Source: an uncultured Candidatus Binatia bacterium
Lineage (GTDB): Bacteria > Desulfobacterota > Binatia > Bin18
NCBI GenBank assembly: GCA_965200965.1
Contig: OZ241744.1
Span: 1,024,001-1,088,000, forward strand
Direction: 5' to 3'
DNA: 64,000 nt
Below the pieces are notes generated by a model. It made no database searches, was not told the origin of the DNA, and was given only the letters and a program-made list of their open reading frames with translations. A program made the translations under genes and the position numbers. Below are positions 1-9,004 of this stretch, in pieces. Position 1 is the stretch's first letter. Each line of letters begins with the position of its first letter.

Positions 1-115
1 GCAGCAACAGCTTGTCATCCCCCTCCTCAAGGATAGCGTCAAGATAGGCAGCGCCCTCCTCCGGGCTGGTGAGATGATCGGCCACCTTGAATGGTCTGGT
101 CGTTGCGCTGGCCAT
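1..115 (-). CDS. Addiction-module antidote (HI1420-like antitoxin), runs off window edge
   Basis: Hand translation of minus strand: MASATTRPFKVADHLTSPEEGAAYLDAILEEGDDKLLL...; ATG overlaps toxin TGA (TGATG at 113-117). Not in ORF track. Confidence 0.8.
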   Translation of the reverse strand, partial: MASATTRPFKVADHLTSPEEGAAYLDAILEEGDDKLLL

Positions 116-435
116 CAGGTGTTCTCCTTGTCCAAGAGCCTGGCGAGCATACGCGCTCGTTCAATGTCCCGCGTTTGAGTGCCCTTCGTCCCGCCCCACA
201 GCAGGACAACCGCCTGACCGCTGACGCGGTAATATATCCGATACCCCGGACCGGCGTTGATGCGATACTCAAACAACATCGGCACTCCCTAATAGCCCCC
301 GAAATTGCCAACCGCCATCTTGCTGACCGCGGCAAGGATACGCCCCTTCACGACAGGATCGCCAAGACGGCCAAGCCATTCCTCAAAAGGGACCTGACCG
401 CTATCCAGTCTGAACGCAAGTGTCTCGTATTTCAC
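115..435 (-). pseudogene. RelE/ParE-superfamily addiction-module killer toxin (HI1419-like) with in-frame TAG
   Basis: GTG start at 435: MKYETLAFRLDSGQVPFEEWLGRLGDPVVKGRILAAVSKMAVGNFGGY*GVPMLFEYRINAGPGYRIYY...LLWGGTKGTQTRDIERA; family motifs GNFG, GPGYRIYY, GG.K.TQ.RDI; TAG at 289-291. Confidence 0.85.
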
Positions 436-459
436 CCGAATACGTCAGTTACAGCTAAC

Positions 460-480
460 ATCTCTGTCAATCTCTGTCAA
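460..480. repeat. 10-bp tandem duplication giving two TTGACA boxes on the minus strand upstream of the toxin
   Basis: ATCTCTGTCA ATCTCTGTCA A at 460-480. Confidence 0.6.
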
Positions 481-492
481 TTGGTCCAGTCA

Positions 493-615
493 TTATCTGG
501 ATACGGCCTTATTGTAGTCTGGCTGGCTGAGTTGCACGCGGATAGCCACATCGGCTGAGAGGATGTTGGCCGGATCGGTGAGGAATTGCCGGGATGATTT
601 TGTCTTCATTGCCAT
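493..615 (-). CDS. 40-aa ORF with strong RBS, possibly a gene remnant
   Basis: AAGGAGG-N6-ATG; MAMKTKSSRQFLTDPANILSADVAIRVQLSQPDYNKAVSR*; no recognisable family. Confidence 0.3.
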   Translation of the reverse strand: MAMKTKSSRQFLTDPANILSADVAIRVQLSQPDYNKAVSR

Positions 616-736
616 TGGCTGCCTCCTTGCCTATCCAATTTGCATTGACCGGCTGACATGATGGAATACACCACATGGCTTATGGAATGTCCGGTTAGGA
701 AGCAGCATACAACCGAACAATAAAATTGTCAAATTC

Positions 737-765
737 TCAAAATTAGTGATAAAGATAATTTTTGA
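737..765. promoter_or_regulatory. AT-rich imperfect inverted repeat, candidate operator of the XRE-IrrE gene
   Basis: TCAAAATTA...TAATTTTTGA about 30 bp upstream of the 793 start. Confidence 0.3.
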
Positions 766-792
766 TACGGCTCTGTGAATGAGAAGGAGTGA

Positions 793-1935
793 ATGATGGC
801 AGATGGGGCAAGCATTGCCGCAAACATTGCCCGCCTGCGGCTGGACCGGCAGCTCACCCAGGACGACCTTGCCGCCAAGGCCCGCCTCTCACGGGTCGCC
901 CTCGGAAAAATTGAACGCGGGGAGGTCATCCCGCGGGCGCGTACCCTTGACGCCCTGGCAAAAGCGCTTGCCGTCCCGGTCGGCGACCTCGTTACCCCCG
1001 TCCGGCCTCTTGAAAGCGTACGCTTCCGCGCCCAGGCGCGGGTCCATGCGCGAGAGCAGATTCTGGCGGAAGTCTCGAAGTGGCTCGATGCCTACGCCGG
1101 GCTTGAGGCCGACCTGAAAGAACGGCAGCCCTTCCGGTTTGAGGAGGCGACACCAAAGAGCCGTGTCGGCAGTCCCGAAAAGGTCGCGCGGGCCGCCCGC
1201 CAAGCGGTCAGGCTGGGGGCCGAAGAGCCGGTCCGTGACATCTGTCGGCTGCTTGAAGAGAACGGCGTCAAGCTGCTGCTGCTGGAGACACAGCGGGACT
1301 CGTTCTTCGGGCTGAGCGTCGGCGCGCGTGATGGAGGTCCGGCGGTGGTCGTCAACACCTGGGATCGGATTTCGGTCGAACGCTGGATTTTCACCGCAGC
1401 ACACGAACTCGGCCACCTGTTGCTGCATCCCACCGAATATCAGCGTGACGCCACCGAGCTCCCCGCAGAGGCGGAGCGTGAAGCCGACGCCTTTGCCAGC
1501 GAGTTCCTGATGCCAGCGGCAGCGTTTGTCGTGGAATGGGACGCGACGCGGGGACACCCGCTGTTGATGCGTGTTCTCAAGGTCAAACGCTTGTTCCGGG
1601 TCAGCTATAAGACCGTGCTCTACCGGCTGGTCGAGTCGGGCCGCGAGCCCTCGGACCTCTGGCGCACCTTCCAACGCCAGCACCGTGACCGGTTCGGCAA
1701 GACGCTTCGGAAGACGGACGAACCCGAGGCGCTGGAGAAGAGCGAGTTCGCCTGGAATTGGAGCCGAGCGGGCGAACCCGCGGGCCTCATCCCGCACGAC
1801 TTCGGAGACAATCGTCTCGCGCGGCTCGTGCGCAGGGGACTGGAACAGCACCGCATTTCGCTCGGACGCGCCGCCGAGATATTACGGCTCACCCGGGAGG
1901 AGATGAGAGCGCAGGCACGCGAGTGGGGACCGTAG
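793..1935 (+). CDS. XRE-HTH plus ImmA/IrrE (COG2856) metallopeptidase fusion
   Basis: N-terminal HTH (LTQDDLAAKARLSRVALGKIERGE), FTAAHELGH HExxH motif, EREADAFASEFLMP; RBS AAGGAG. Confidence 0.92.
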   Translation: MMADGASIAANIARLRLDRQLTQDDLAAKARLSRVALGKIERGEVIPRARTLDALAKALAVPVGDLVTPVRPLESVRFRAQARVHAREQILAEVSKWLDAYAGLEADLKERQPFRFEEATPKSRVGSPEKVARAARQAVRLGAEEPVRDICRLLEENGVKLLLLETQRDSFFGLSVGARDGGPAVVVNTWDRISVERWIFTAAHELGHLLLHPTEYQRDATELPAEAEREADAFASEFLMPAAAFVVEWDATRGHPLLMRVLKVKRLFRVSYKTVLYRLVESGREPSDLWRTFQRQHRDRFGKTLRKTDEPEALEKSEFAWNWSRAGEPAGLIPHDFGDNRLARLVRRGLEQHRISLGRAAEILRLTREEMRAQAREWGP

Positions 1936-2439
1936 ATGCCGGCTCCGCCGACGGTGCTCCTCGCCGACGCGGATGTGTTCATAGACTACCGCGAATCCGA
2001 GTTGGCAGTCCTCACGCTCGTAACGCGGCATGTGGGACGCTTGGCCGTTATCCCGTCTGTCCTTGAGGAGGTAAAGGGCGTCACGGCTACGGAGTGCGCA
2101 CAACTCGGCGTTGAAGTTGTTGAGGTCGAGACAGGTCAGATGCTCCGGGCTATGAAAGTCAAGTCGGGCGTCTCGTTCAATGACCGGCTGTGCCTGGTCG
2201 TATGTCAAGAAACGGGGTGGACATGCGTGACGAACGATGGCGCACTGAGGCGGCTATGCAGACGCCACGGCGTCGAGATATGCTATGGCCTGAGCCTCAT
2301 GGTGGAGTTGGTCGCCACCGGTGTACTGACGCGGCGGCGGGCCATATCAGTCGCACATCGGATGCAGGTATCGAATCCCTTCCACATCAACGACCGCGTG
2401 CTGATCCGCTTTGTGGCTGCGATCAATCGGGCACGGTGA
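1936..2439 (+). CDS. PIN-like domain protein, putative toxin partner of the IrrE fusion
   Basis: VLLADADVFID, VLEEV, SFNDRLCL, CVTNDGALR acidic PIN pattern; starts directly after upstream TAG. Confidence 0.75.
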   Translation: MPAPPTVLLADADVFIDYRESELAVLTLVTRHVGRLAVIPSVLEEVKGVTATECAQLGVEVVEVETGQMLRAMKVKSGVSFNDRLCLVVCQETGWTCVTNDGALRRLCRRHGVEICYGLSLMVELVATGVLTRRRAISVAHRMQVSNPFHINDRVLIRFVAAINRAR

Positions 2440-2452
2440 TGGCACTTGGCCC

Positions 2453-2483
2453 GCAGGTCGGATCAGTGGAGCGTAATCCGACA
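2453..2483 (+). repeat. REP-like palindrome copy 1
   Basis: GCAG-GTCGGAT-CAGTGGAGCGTA-ATCCGAC-A; matches copies at 16833, 21688, 30794. Confidence 0.8.
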
Positions 2484-2606
2484 TTTTTTGTCCCCCTGGC
2501 CAACGGAGCCGGCAGCCCGATTTCTCGCGGGGCGGAGGGTGGTCTGCACTGCGATTATGGGATTCCTGCAAGGGGGAGATGAAGGGAGCGGGCTTTCGCA
2601 CACGGG

Positions 2607-2990
2607 CTAGTCTGCCGCCGGGCGTGGGGGTGCGGTGCGCTCAATCAGCACTTTCAACGCGGTCATGCTCTCCTCATGCTGATGCTGCTGGGCGTCTCGC
2701 TGCTGGTGCAACGCTTCCATCGTGGCTTCATGCTGATGCTGCTGGGCGTCCTGCTGCCGGCGCAACGCTTCCATCGTGGCTTCATGCTGATGCTGCTGGG
2801 CGTCCAACTGCCTGGCACGCTCGGTACTGCTCCCCTTCATGATCTGCACCCCCCACCAGATCAACCCACATTGCCCCGCTCCCACCACCAAGGCCACCAC
2901 TACCCCAGCCACCTCAACCCAGGTCCAGCCCGAATGCGTGGCCAGGGTTTGTAAGGCGGTGACGGCTGCCCGCGCAAGTTCTTCGTTCAT
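2607..2990 (-). CDS. Single-TM protein with 18-aa Gln/His-rich coiled-coil repeats
   Basis: Hydrophobic WVEVAGVVVALVVGAGQCGLIWWGV segment, then DAQQHQHEATMEAL-type repeat x3; RBS AAGGA. Confidence 0.7.
   Translation of the reverse strand: MNEELARAAVTALQTLATHSGWTWVEVAGVVVALVVGAGQCGLIWWGVQIMKGSSTERARQLDAQQHQHEATMEALRRQQDAQQHQHEATMEALHQQRDAQQHQHEESMTALKVLIERTAPPRPAAD
2654..2804. repeat. 54-bp tandem repeat, about 3 copies, coding
   Basis: TCATGCTGATGCTGCTGGGCGTC recurs at 2674, 2728, 2782. Confidence 0.9.
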
Positions 2991-3039
2991 CGGATTTCCT
3001 TTTTCCGGGCTTGCCGCATGGTTTTTTGCAGTATCGGGG

Positions 3040-3507
3040 TCAGGGGCGGCGTCTGGGGCGGGGACGTTTGTAAAGCCGCTCCCGGCCGTGGCGCAGATCC
3101 TCTGAGGTCAGGCCCTCTTGGGGCGCTTCCTGGCCGCCCATGAAGCCGGTGCTGGCCTGGACACAGGTATCAATTTTTTCTTCGTCAGACAGGGCTTGGG
3201 GGCTGAGTTCGAGGTACTCGCGCATGATGAAGTCGCCGCCGCCGGGATGAAAAACCTGTCCGTCGCCCCGTTCACACGCCGCCGCCAGCTGCCGGGGCGA
3301 GAGGCGCAGGGCGAGAGCATCGCCGAGCACAAAGGAAAACGGCTTGTCATCCACATAGTAACAGCGGCCGCCAAACATGGCTTTACTGGTGACGCCCGGC
3401 ACCCCCAAACGGGCCAGCGCCTCGTTGAGGGTGAGCTGATGACGTGGGGGCGGTCTGCGCCGCGGGGCCGGCTGCAAACGGACCGCTTTGGGCTTTCCTG
3501 TCGGCAT
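3040..3507 (-). CDS. TfoX/Sxy N-terminal domain protein
   Basis: KAMFGGRCYYVDDKPFSFVLGDALALR and MREY motifs. Confidence 0.75.
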   Translation of the reverse strand: MPTGKPKAVRLQPAPRRRPPPRHQLTLNEALARLGVPGVTSKAMFGGRCYYVDDKPFSFVLGDALALRLSPRQLAAACERGDGQVFHPGGGDFIMREYLELSPQALSDEEKIDTCVQASTGFMGGQEAPQEGLTSEDLRHGRERLYKRPRPRRRP

Positions 3508-3657
3508 GGTCTGTGTGTATAGCACGGCTCAGGCTTTGCTTGCATCAGGCCGGCCCGCTATGCCACTATACCGGAAGGAGTGAAGGTGTCATCAGCTCGA
3601 CTGGAAAGCGACACGTTCACTCCTGGCTGAATGATGAGCGACCAAAGGAGGAATGCC

Positions 3658-4854
3658 ATGCAGGCCCTGGATCATATTAAAGTTCTTGACCTGACACAGT
3701 TTGAGGCTGGGCCGTCGTGTACCGAGATTCTGGCTTTTCTGGGGGCGGATGTCGTCAAGCTTGAACCGCCCCGGGGTGGGGACCAGGGGCGCTACCTGAT
3801 CACCGACAGGCCGGGACTGGATTCGCCCTATTTTTTGCTGCTGAACGCCAATAAAAAAAGCATCTCGCTCGACCTGAAAAGCGAAAAAGGCAAGGAGCTG
3901 GGGAAAAAACTCCTGCCCCATTTTGATGTGCTGGTCGAGAACTACGCGCCGGGTGCCCTCCAGGCGCTGGGCTTTGGCTACGATGTGGTGTCCGCGATCA
4001 ACCCGCGTATGATCTATGCCCAGGTCAAAGGCTTTGGCACCTACGGCCCCTACTCGGGTTTCAAGAGCTTTGACATGATCGCCCAGGCAACCGGCGGTGC
4101 CATGAGCATCACCGGCACCGCAGCAACACCGCCGCTGCGACCCGGACCGACGATCGGCGATACAGGCACCGGCATTCACTGCGCCGTCGGCATTCTGGCC
4201 GCGCTGCTCCAGCGCGAGAAAACGGGCAAAGGCCAGCGGCTTGAGGTCGCCATGCAGGATGCGGTCGTCAATCTCAGCCGGATCGGCATGATGGGCCATT
4301 ATTACGGCAGCGTGCCGGCTCCCCGCACCGGCAATCGTGTCCCGAGCCTGGCCCCAACCGACCTGTATCCGTGTGCGCCGGGCGGCACGAATGACTATGC
4401 CTTTATCATTACCACCACGCCGGCAATGTGGGAGACGCTGGCCAAAACCATCGGCCGCGAGGACCTGTTGCACGATCCCCGCTTCGCCGACCAGGCCAGC
4501 CGCAACACACATGGGGCCGAACTCAGCGCGATCATCTCGGCCTGGACCACGCAGCGCACCAAGCACGAGGTCATGCAAGCTCTCGGCGAGGCCGGCGTCC
4601 CGTGTGGCGCGGTGCTGGATAGCGGCGATATTCTGGAGAATGAACAACTCAAAGAGCGCGGCATGATCACCACCATCGAGCATCCGACCCGGGGCCGCTT
4701 CACCATGCCCGGCTGTGCGGTTCAACTGTCAGACTCGCCGACCGAGGTGAAACCGGCCCCGCTGTTGGGCGAGCACAACGCCGCTATCCTGGGTACGCTG
4801 TTGGGCCTGACGCCGGCCGACCTGGCCGGACTCAAAGAAGACAAGGTTGTCTGA
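3658..4854 (+). CDS. Family III CoA transferase (CaiB/BaiF, formyl-CoA transferase-like)
   Basis: VLDLTQFEAGPSCT, LGADVVKLEPP, NANKKSISLDLK, FDMIAQATGG; RBS AAGGAGG before ATG 3658. Confidence 0.92.
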   Translation: MQALDHIKVLDLTQFEAGPSCTEILAFLGADVVKLEPPRGGDQGRYLITDRPGLDSPYFLLLNANKKSISLDLKSEKGKELGKKLLPHFDVLVENYAPGALQALGFGYDVVSAINPRMIYAQVKGFGTYGPYSGFKSFDMIAQATGGAMSITGTAATPPLRPGPTIGDTGTGIHCAVGILAALLQREKTGKGQRLEVAMQDAVVNLSRIGMMGHYYGSVPAPRTGNRVPSLAPTDLYPCAPGGTNDYAFIITTTPAMWETLAKTIGREDLLHDPRFADQASRNTHGAELSAIISAWTTQRTKHEVMQALGEAGVPCGAVLDSGDILENEQLKERGMITTIEHPTRGRFTMPGCAVQLSDSPTEVKPAPLLGEHNAAILGTLLGLTPADLAGLKEDKVV

Positions 4855-4871
4855 GCGATGCCGGCGAGCGT

Positions 4872-5339
4872 ATGAATGACGAACGGAACACCCCGGCGTT
4901 CATCCTTCGTCATTCCGCATTCATCCTGCTGCTGGCCGCCTGCGCCACATCGCCCGAGGTGGTCCTGTATTCCCAAGCCGGCGGCCCGGTCCGGGTCAGC
5001 GTCGAAATCGCCGACAGCCCCGAAGAACGCCGCTATGGCCTGATGTACCGCAATGCACTCCCGGACCGGCACGGGATGTTGTTTGTCTTTCCGGGCGAGG
5101 CTGTTCGGTCGTTCTGGATGAAGAACACGCCCCTGTCGCTCGATATCATTTTTATCAGCGCGGCCGGCAGCGTCGTGCATATCGCCCCCCACACCCGCCC
5201 GTTTTCGGAAGCGCCGACCCCCTCCGGCGGACAGGCCGCCCAGTTCGTCCTTGAGGTCAAGGCCGGCTTTTGTGAGCGCTACGGCATCAGCCCCGGCGCT
5301 CGGGTAGAGTTCGTCCGGGTTCCGCCGGCGAGACACTGA
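4872..5339 (+). CDS. DUF192 domain lipoprotein
   Basis: LLLAAC lipobox; [42 protein letters not shown]. Confidence 0.88.
   Translation: MNDERNTPAFILRHSAFILLLAACATSPEVVLYSQAGGPVRVSVEIADSPEERRYGLMYRNALPDRHGMLFVFPGEAVRSFWMKNTPLSLDIIFISAAGSVVHIAPHTRPFSEAPTPSGGQAAQFVLEVKAGFCERYGISPGARVEFVRVPPARH
4874..4927. repeat. Heptamer-repeat hairpin inside DUF192 5' end
   Basis: GAATGACGAA (4874-4883) pairs with TTCGTCATTC (4906-4915); tandem TTCATCC/TTCGTCA/TTCCGCA/TTCATCC. Confidence 0.55.
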
Positions 5340-5421
5340 GGGGCGTGTCTGCCGCCCTTCACTTGATATTTTCCGTCGCCCATATTACAAGTCTGGGTTC
5401 CAGTTCAGCAGAGGAAGGAAT

Positions 5422-6972
5422 ATGAGCCTACAGGAAAATCTCCACGAATTGACCCGCCGCAACGAAGAAGCGCTTCAGGGTGGCGGTCCGGCGCGCATCG
5501 AGCGCCAGCACGACCTTGGCAAATTCACGGCTCGGGAACGGATCGAGCTCCTCCTCGACCCGGGCAGTTTTGTTGAGCTTGACCGCTTCAAGACCCACCG
5601 CTGCACCGACTTTGACATGGATAAGCAGAAAACCCCGGGCGACGGGGTGGTGACCGGCTACGGCCATGTTGACGGCCGCCAAGTGTTTGTCTTCTCCCAG
5701 GATTTTACGGTCTTTGGCGGCAGCCTGTCGGGCGCGTTTTCTGAAAAAGTCTGCAAGGTCATGGACTTGGCGGTCAAGACCGGCTGCCCCATCGTCGGCC
5801 TCAACGACTCGGGCGGGGCGCGCATCCAGGAGGGCGTGGCCAGCCTGGCCGGCTATGCCAATATCTTCCACCGCAATGTCCTGTCCTCGGGCGTGGTGCC
5901 CCAGATTTCGGCCATTATGGGGCCGTGCGCCGGCGGCGCGGTCTACTCGCCGGCCATGACCGACTTCATCTTCATGGTCGAAGACACCAGCTATATGTTC
6001 ATCACCGGCCCGGAGGTGATTCGGACCGTGACCCACGAAGAAGTCACCATGCAGGAACTCGGCGGGGCTTTGACCCATAACGCCAGGAGCGGGGTGGCCC
6101 ATTTTGCCTCGTCCAATGAGCGCGAAAGCCTGCACACCATCCGCGAGCTGCTGAGCTTTCTGCCGGCCAACAATATGGAAGACAGCCCAATCCGGCCAAG
6201 CAACGACGACCCCAACCGGCGCGACGAAAAGCTGAACAGCCTCGTCCCCGATAATCCGAACAAGCCCTACGACATCAAGCACCTCATTACGACTGTGGTG
6301 GACGAAAACTACTTCCTGGAGGTGCAAAAAGACTACGCCCGCAATATCGTTGTCGGTTTTGCCCGTCTCGGTGGCCGCACAGTCGGCATGGTGGCCAACC
6401 AACCGGCCTTTCTGGCCGGGGTGCTCGACATTGACGCCTCGGTCAAAGGCGGGCGTTTTGTGCGCTTCTGCGACTGCTTCAACATCCCGATTGTCACCCT
6501 GATTGACGTGCCGGGCTTTCTGCCGGGCACCTCGCAGGAGTACGGCGGCATCATTCGCCACGGGGCCAAGCTGCTGTACGCCTACTGCGAGGCCACTGTC
6601 CCGCTGGTCTCGATCATTACCCGCAAAGCCTACGGCGGGGCCTATGTGGTCATGTCGAGCAAAGAGATTGGCGGCGATATCAACCTGGCCTATCCGACCG
6701 CCGAGATCGCGGTGATGGGCCCCGACGGAGCGGTGAACATTATTCATCGCAACGCGATCAGCAAAGCCGCCGACCCCGACGCCGAGCGCGAAAAGCTCGT
6801 TGACGCATACCGCCGGACCTTTGCCAACCCGTTCAAAGCGGCAGAAATGGGCTACATTGACGAGCTCATCATGCCGGCTGATACCCGGCCGCAGCTGATC
6901 CGGGCCCTCGCCATGCTCCACAACAAGCGGGACAAAAACCCGCCCAAGAAACACGGCAACGTCCCGCTCTGA
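5422..6972 (+). CDS. pccB: Acyl-CoA (propionyl-/methylmalonyl-CoA) carboxyltransferase beta subunit
   Basis: [46 protein letters not shown]. Confidence 0.92.
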   Translation: MSLQENLHELTRRNEEALQGGGPARIERQHDLGKFTARERIELLLDPGSFVELDRFKTHRCTDFDMDKQKTPGDGVVTGYGHVDGRQVFVFSQDFTVFGGSLSGAFSEKVCKVMDLAVKTGCPIVGLNDSGGARIQEGVASLAGYANIFHRNVLSSGVVPQISAIMGPCAGGAVYSPAMTDFIFMVEDTSYMFITGPEVIRTVTHEEVTMQELGGALTHNARSGVAHFASSNERESLHTIRELLSFLPANNMEDSPIRPSNDDPNRRDEKLNSLVPDNPNKPYDIKHLITTVVDENYFLEVQKDYARNIVVGFARLGGRTVGMVANQPAFLAGVLDIDASVKGGRFVRFCDCFNIPIVTLIDVPGFLPGTSQEYGGIIRHGAKLLYAYCEATVPLVSIITRKAYGGAYVVMSSKEIGGDINLAYPTAEIAVMGPDGAVNIIHRNAISKAADPDAEREKLVDAYRRTFANPFKAAEMGYIDELIMPADTRPQLIRALAMLHNKRDKNPPKKHGNVPL

Positions 6973-6982
6973 GGTCTGACCC

Positions 6983-8488
6983 ATGTTTAGACGTATCCTC
7001 ATTGCCAACCGAGGCGAAATCGCCGTCCGGGTGATCCGCGCCTGCCGTGAGCTGGGGGTGGAAACGGTCGCCGTGTACTCAGAGGCCGACCGCACCGCCC
7101 TGCATGTCCAGTACGCCGACTACGCCTACCCAATCGGCCCCTCACCGTCCGCCGAGAGCTATCTGGTCATTGACAGAATTCTGGAAGTGGCCAGAAAGAG
7201 CCGGGCCGAGGCCATCCACCCGGGCTATGGCTTTCTGTCCGAGCGGGCCGCGTTTGCCCGCGCGTGTCGGGAGGCCGGCGTCACATTTATCGGCCCCGGC
7301 CCCGAAGCGATCGAACAGATGGGCGACAAGGTCACGGCCCGGACTCTCATGCAGCAGGCCAGGGTCCCGGTCGTTCCGGGCACCGATGTGCTCGGCGATG
7401 AGGCCGAGGTGGTCGCTGCCGCGCGCGCTCTCGGCTTTCCGGTCATGTTCAAAGCCTCGGCCGGCGGCGGCGGCAAAGGCATGCGCTTGGTCAGTTCTGA
7501 GGACGAGGTCGTGTCTGCCCTGCGCGGCGTGCGCTCTGAGGCCAAGTCATCGTTTGGCGATGACCGGATGTACCTGGAAAAGTTCGTCACCAAGCCGCGC
7601 CATGTTGAGGTTCAGGTCCTGGCCGACACCTTCGGTCACACCCTGCACCTGTACGAGCGGGAGTGTTCACTCCAGCGTCGCCACCAGAAAGTCATTGAGG
7701 AATCGCCCTCAACCGCCATCAGCCCCGAGGTGCGGGAACAGATGGGCCAGGTTGCGGCTGAGGCGGCCCGGGCGGTCAACTATGTTGGGGCCGGCACGGT
7801 CGAGTTTCTGGTTGACGACCAGCAGCACTTTTATTTTCTCGAAATGAACACCCGCATCCAGGTTGAGCATCCGGTCACCGAGTTAGTCACCGGGGTGGAC
7901 CTGGTCAAAGCCCAGATCGAGATCGCCGCCGGCAAGCACCTCACCCTGCACCAGGCCGATATCAAGCAGCGCGGCTGGGCAATTGAGTGTCGCATCTATG
8001 CCGAAGATCCGGCCCGCGACTTCTTCCCCTCACCGGGCAGAATAGAGGTTTTGCGCACCCCGGGCGGCAGCGGCATCCGCGATGACAGCGGCGTGTACGA
8101 GGGCTGGGAAGTCCCGATCTTTTACGACCCCATGATCTCCAAGCTGTGTACCCACGCCAGCACCCGCGGGGAGGCCATTCAGCGCATGTTGCGCGCCCTG
8201 CAAGAGTATACGGTTGAGGGTATTATCACCAACATCCCGTTTCACCGCTGGGCACTCCAGCATCCCCGCTTCATGCGGGGCGATCTGGACACCGGCTTTA
8301 TTGCCCAGGAGTACCACGGGCTGGCCTTTGAAGAAGACGCCCTGCACCAGGAAGTCCTGCTGGCCGCGGCCGCTCTGGCCGCCTATCACAAGGACCAGGC
8401 CGTTCAGCGCACGCTGCCGGCCACCGCCGGCCGCGCGGCCCAGGCGTCGGCTTGGCGTTCGGCCGGCTGGCGCGGAGCCCTCCGATAA
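6983..8488 (+). CDS. Biotin carboxylase subunit
   Basis: ILIANRGEIAVR, IHPGYGFLSE, GGGGKGMR, ERECSLQRRHQK, EMNTRIQVEHPVTE. Confidence 0.95.
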   Translation: MFRRILIANRGEIAVRVIRACRELGVETVAVYSEADRTALHVQYADYAYPIGPSPSAESYLVIDRILEVARKSRAEAIHPGYGFLSERAAFARACREAGVTFIGPGPEAIEQMGDKVTARTLMQQARVPVVPGTDVLGDEAEVVAAARALGFPVMFKASAGGGGKGMRLVSSEDEVVSALRGVRSEAKSSFGDDRMYLEKFVTKPRHVEVQVLADTFGHTLHLYERECSLQRRHQKVIEESPSTAISPEVREQMGQVAAEAARAVNYVGAGTVEFLVDDQQHFYFLEMNTRIQVEHPVTELVTGVDLVKAQIEIAAGKHLTLHQADIKQRGWAIECRIYAEDPARDFFPSPGRIEVLRTPGGSGIRDDSGVYEGWEVPIFYDPMISKLCTHASTRGEAIQRMLRALQEYTVEGIITNIPFHRWALQHPRFMRGDLDTGFIAQEYHGLAFEEDALHQEVLLAAAALAAYHKDQAVQRTLPATAGRAAQASAWRSAGWRGALR

Positions 8489-8500
8489 AACGGACTGCCT

Positions 8501-9004
8501 ATGGCGTATATCGCAACCCTTGGCGACCAGACGCATACCATTGAGGTCCAGGAACTGGAAGCCGACCACCTCTATCGGATTGTCATTGACGGCACCGAAC
8601 GGATCGTTGACGGTCGGCAACTGTCGGCCCACATGTACTCGCTGCTGCTTGAGGATCGGTCGTTCACGATTGACGTGACCGAAAAAGACGACCAGTACAC
8701 GGTCTCGTGCGAGGGCAAGACGTTCCGGCTCACCCTTCTTGACGAGCGGCGCGCCCTGCGTCCCGGCGAGGGCGGCGGCGGCGGAGCCGGCGACACCGCG
8801 CTACGCTCGCTCATGCCGGGAAAAGTCGTTGCGGTGTTGGTGGCGGTCGGCGATCAGGTCGCAAAAGATCAGGGCGTCCTCATCATCGAAGCCATGAAAA
8901 TGGAAAACGAGGTCCAGGCGTCCACCGCAGGCACGGTCAAAAGCATCCTCGTCACCCCCGGCCAGACCGTTGAGGCGGGCGAGTTATTGCTTGAACTGGA
9001 GTGA
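8501..9004 (+). CDS. Biotin carboxyl carrier protein with N-terminal BT-like domain
   Basis: IIEAMKMENEV biotinylation motif, MPGKVV. Confidence 0.92.
   Translation: MAYIATLGDQTHTIEVQELEADHLYRIVIDGTERIVDGRQLSAHMYSLLLEDRSFTIDVTEKDDQYTVSCEGKTFRLTLLDERRALRPGEGGGGGAGDTALRSLMPGKVVAVLVAVGDQVAKDQGVLIIEAMKMENEVQASTAGTVKSILVTPGQTVEAGELLLELE

Noticed and set aside
289-291. Programmed amber readthrough (pyrrolysine or recoding)
   Set aside because: TAG is used as a normal stop elsewhere (e.g. 1933-1935, 30477-30479) and no pyl genes are seen.
91-558. 155-aa plus-strand ORF and 39-335 minus ORF
   Set aside because: They overlap the recognisable toxin-antitoxin pair in other frames and have no motifs.
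5428-7095. Long antisense ORFs over pccB and other GC-rich genes (3592-4725, 13787-15013, 26234-27523, 50037-51080, 61398-62417)
   Set aside because: Typical high-GC shadow frames opposite well-supported genes.
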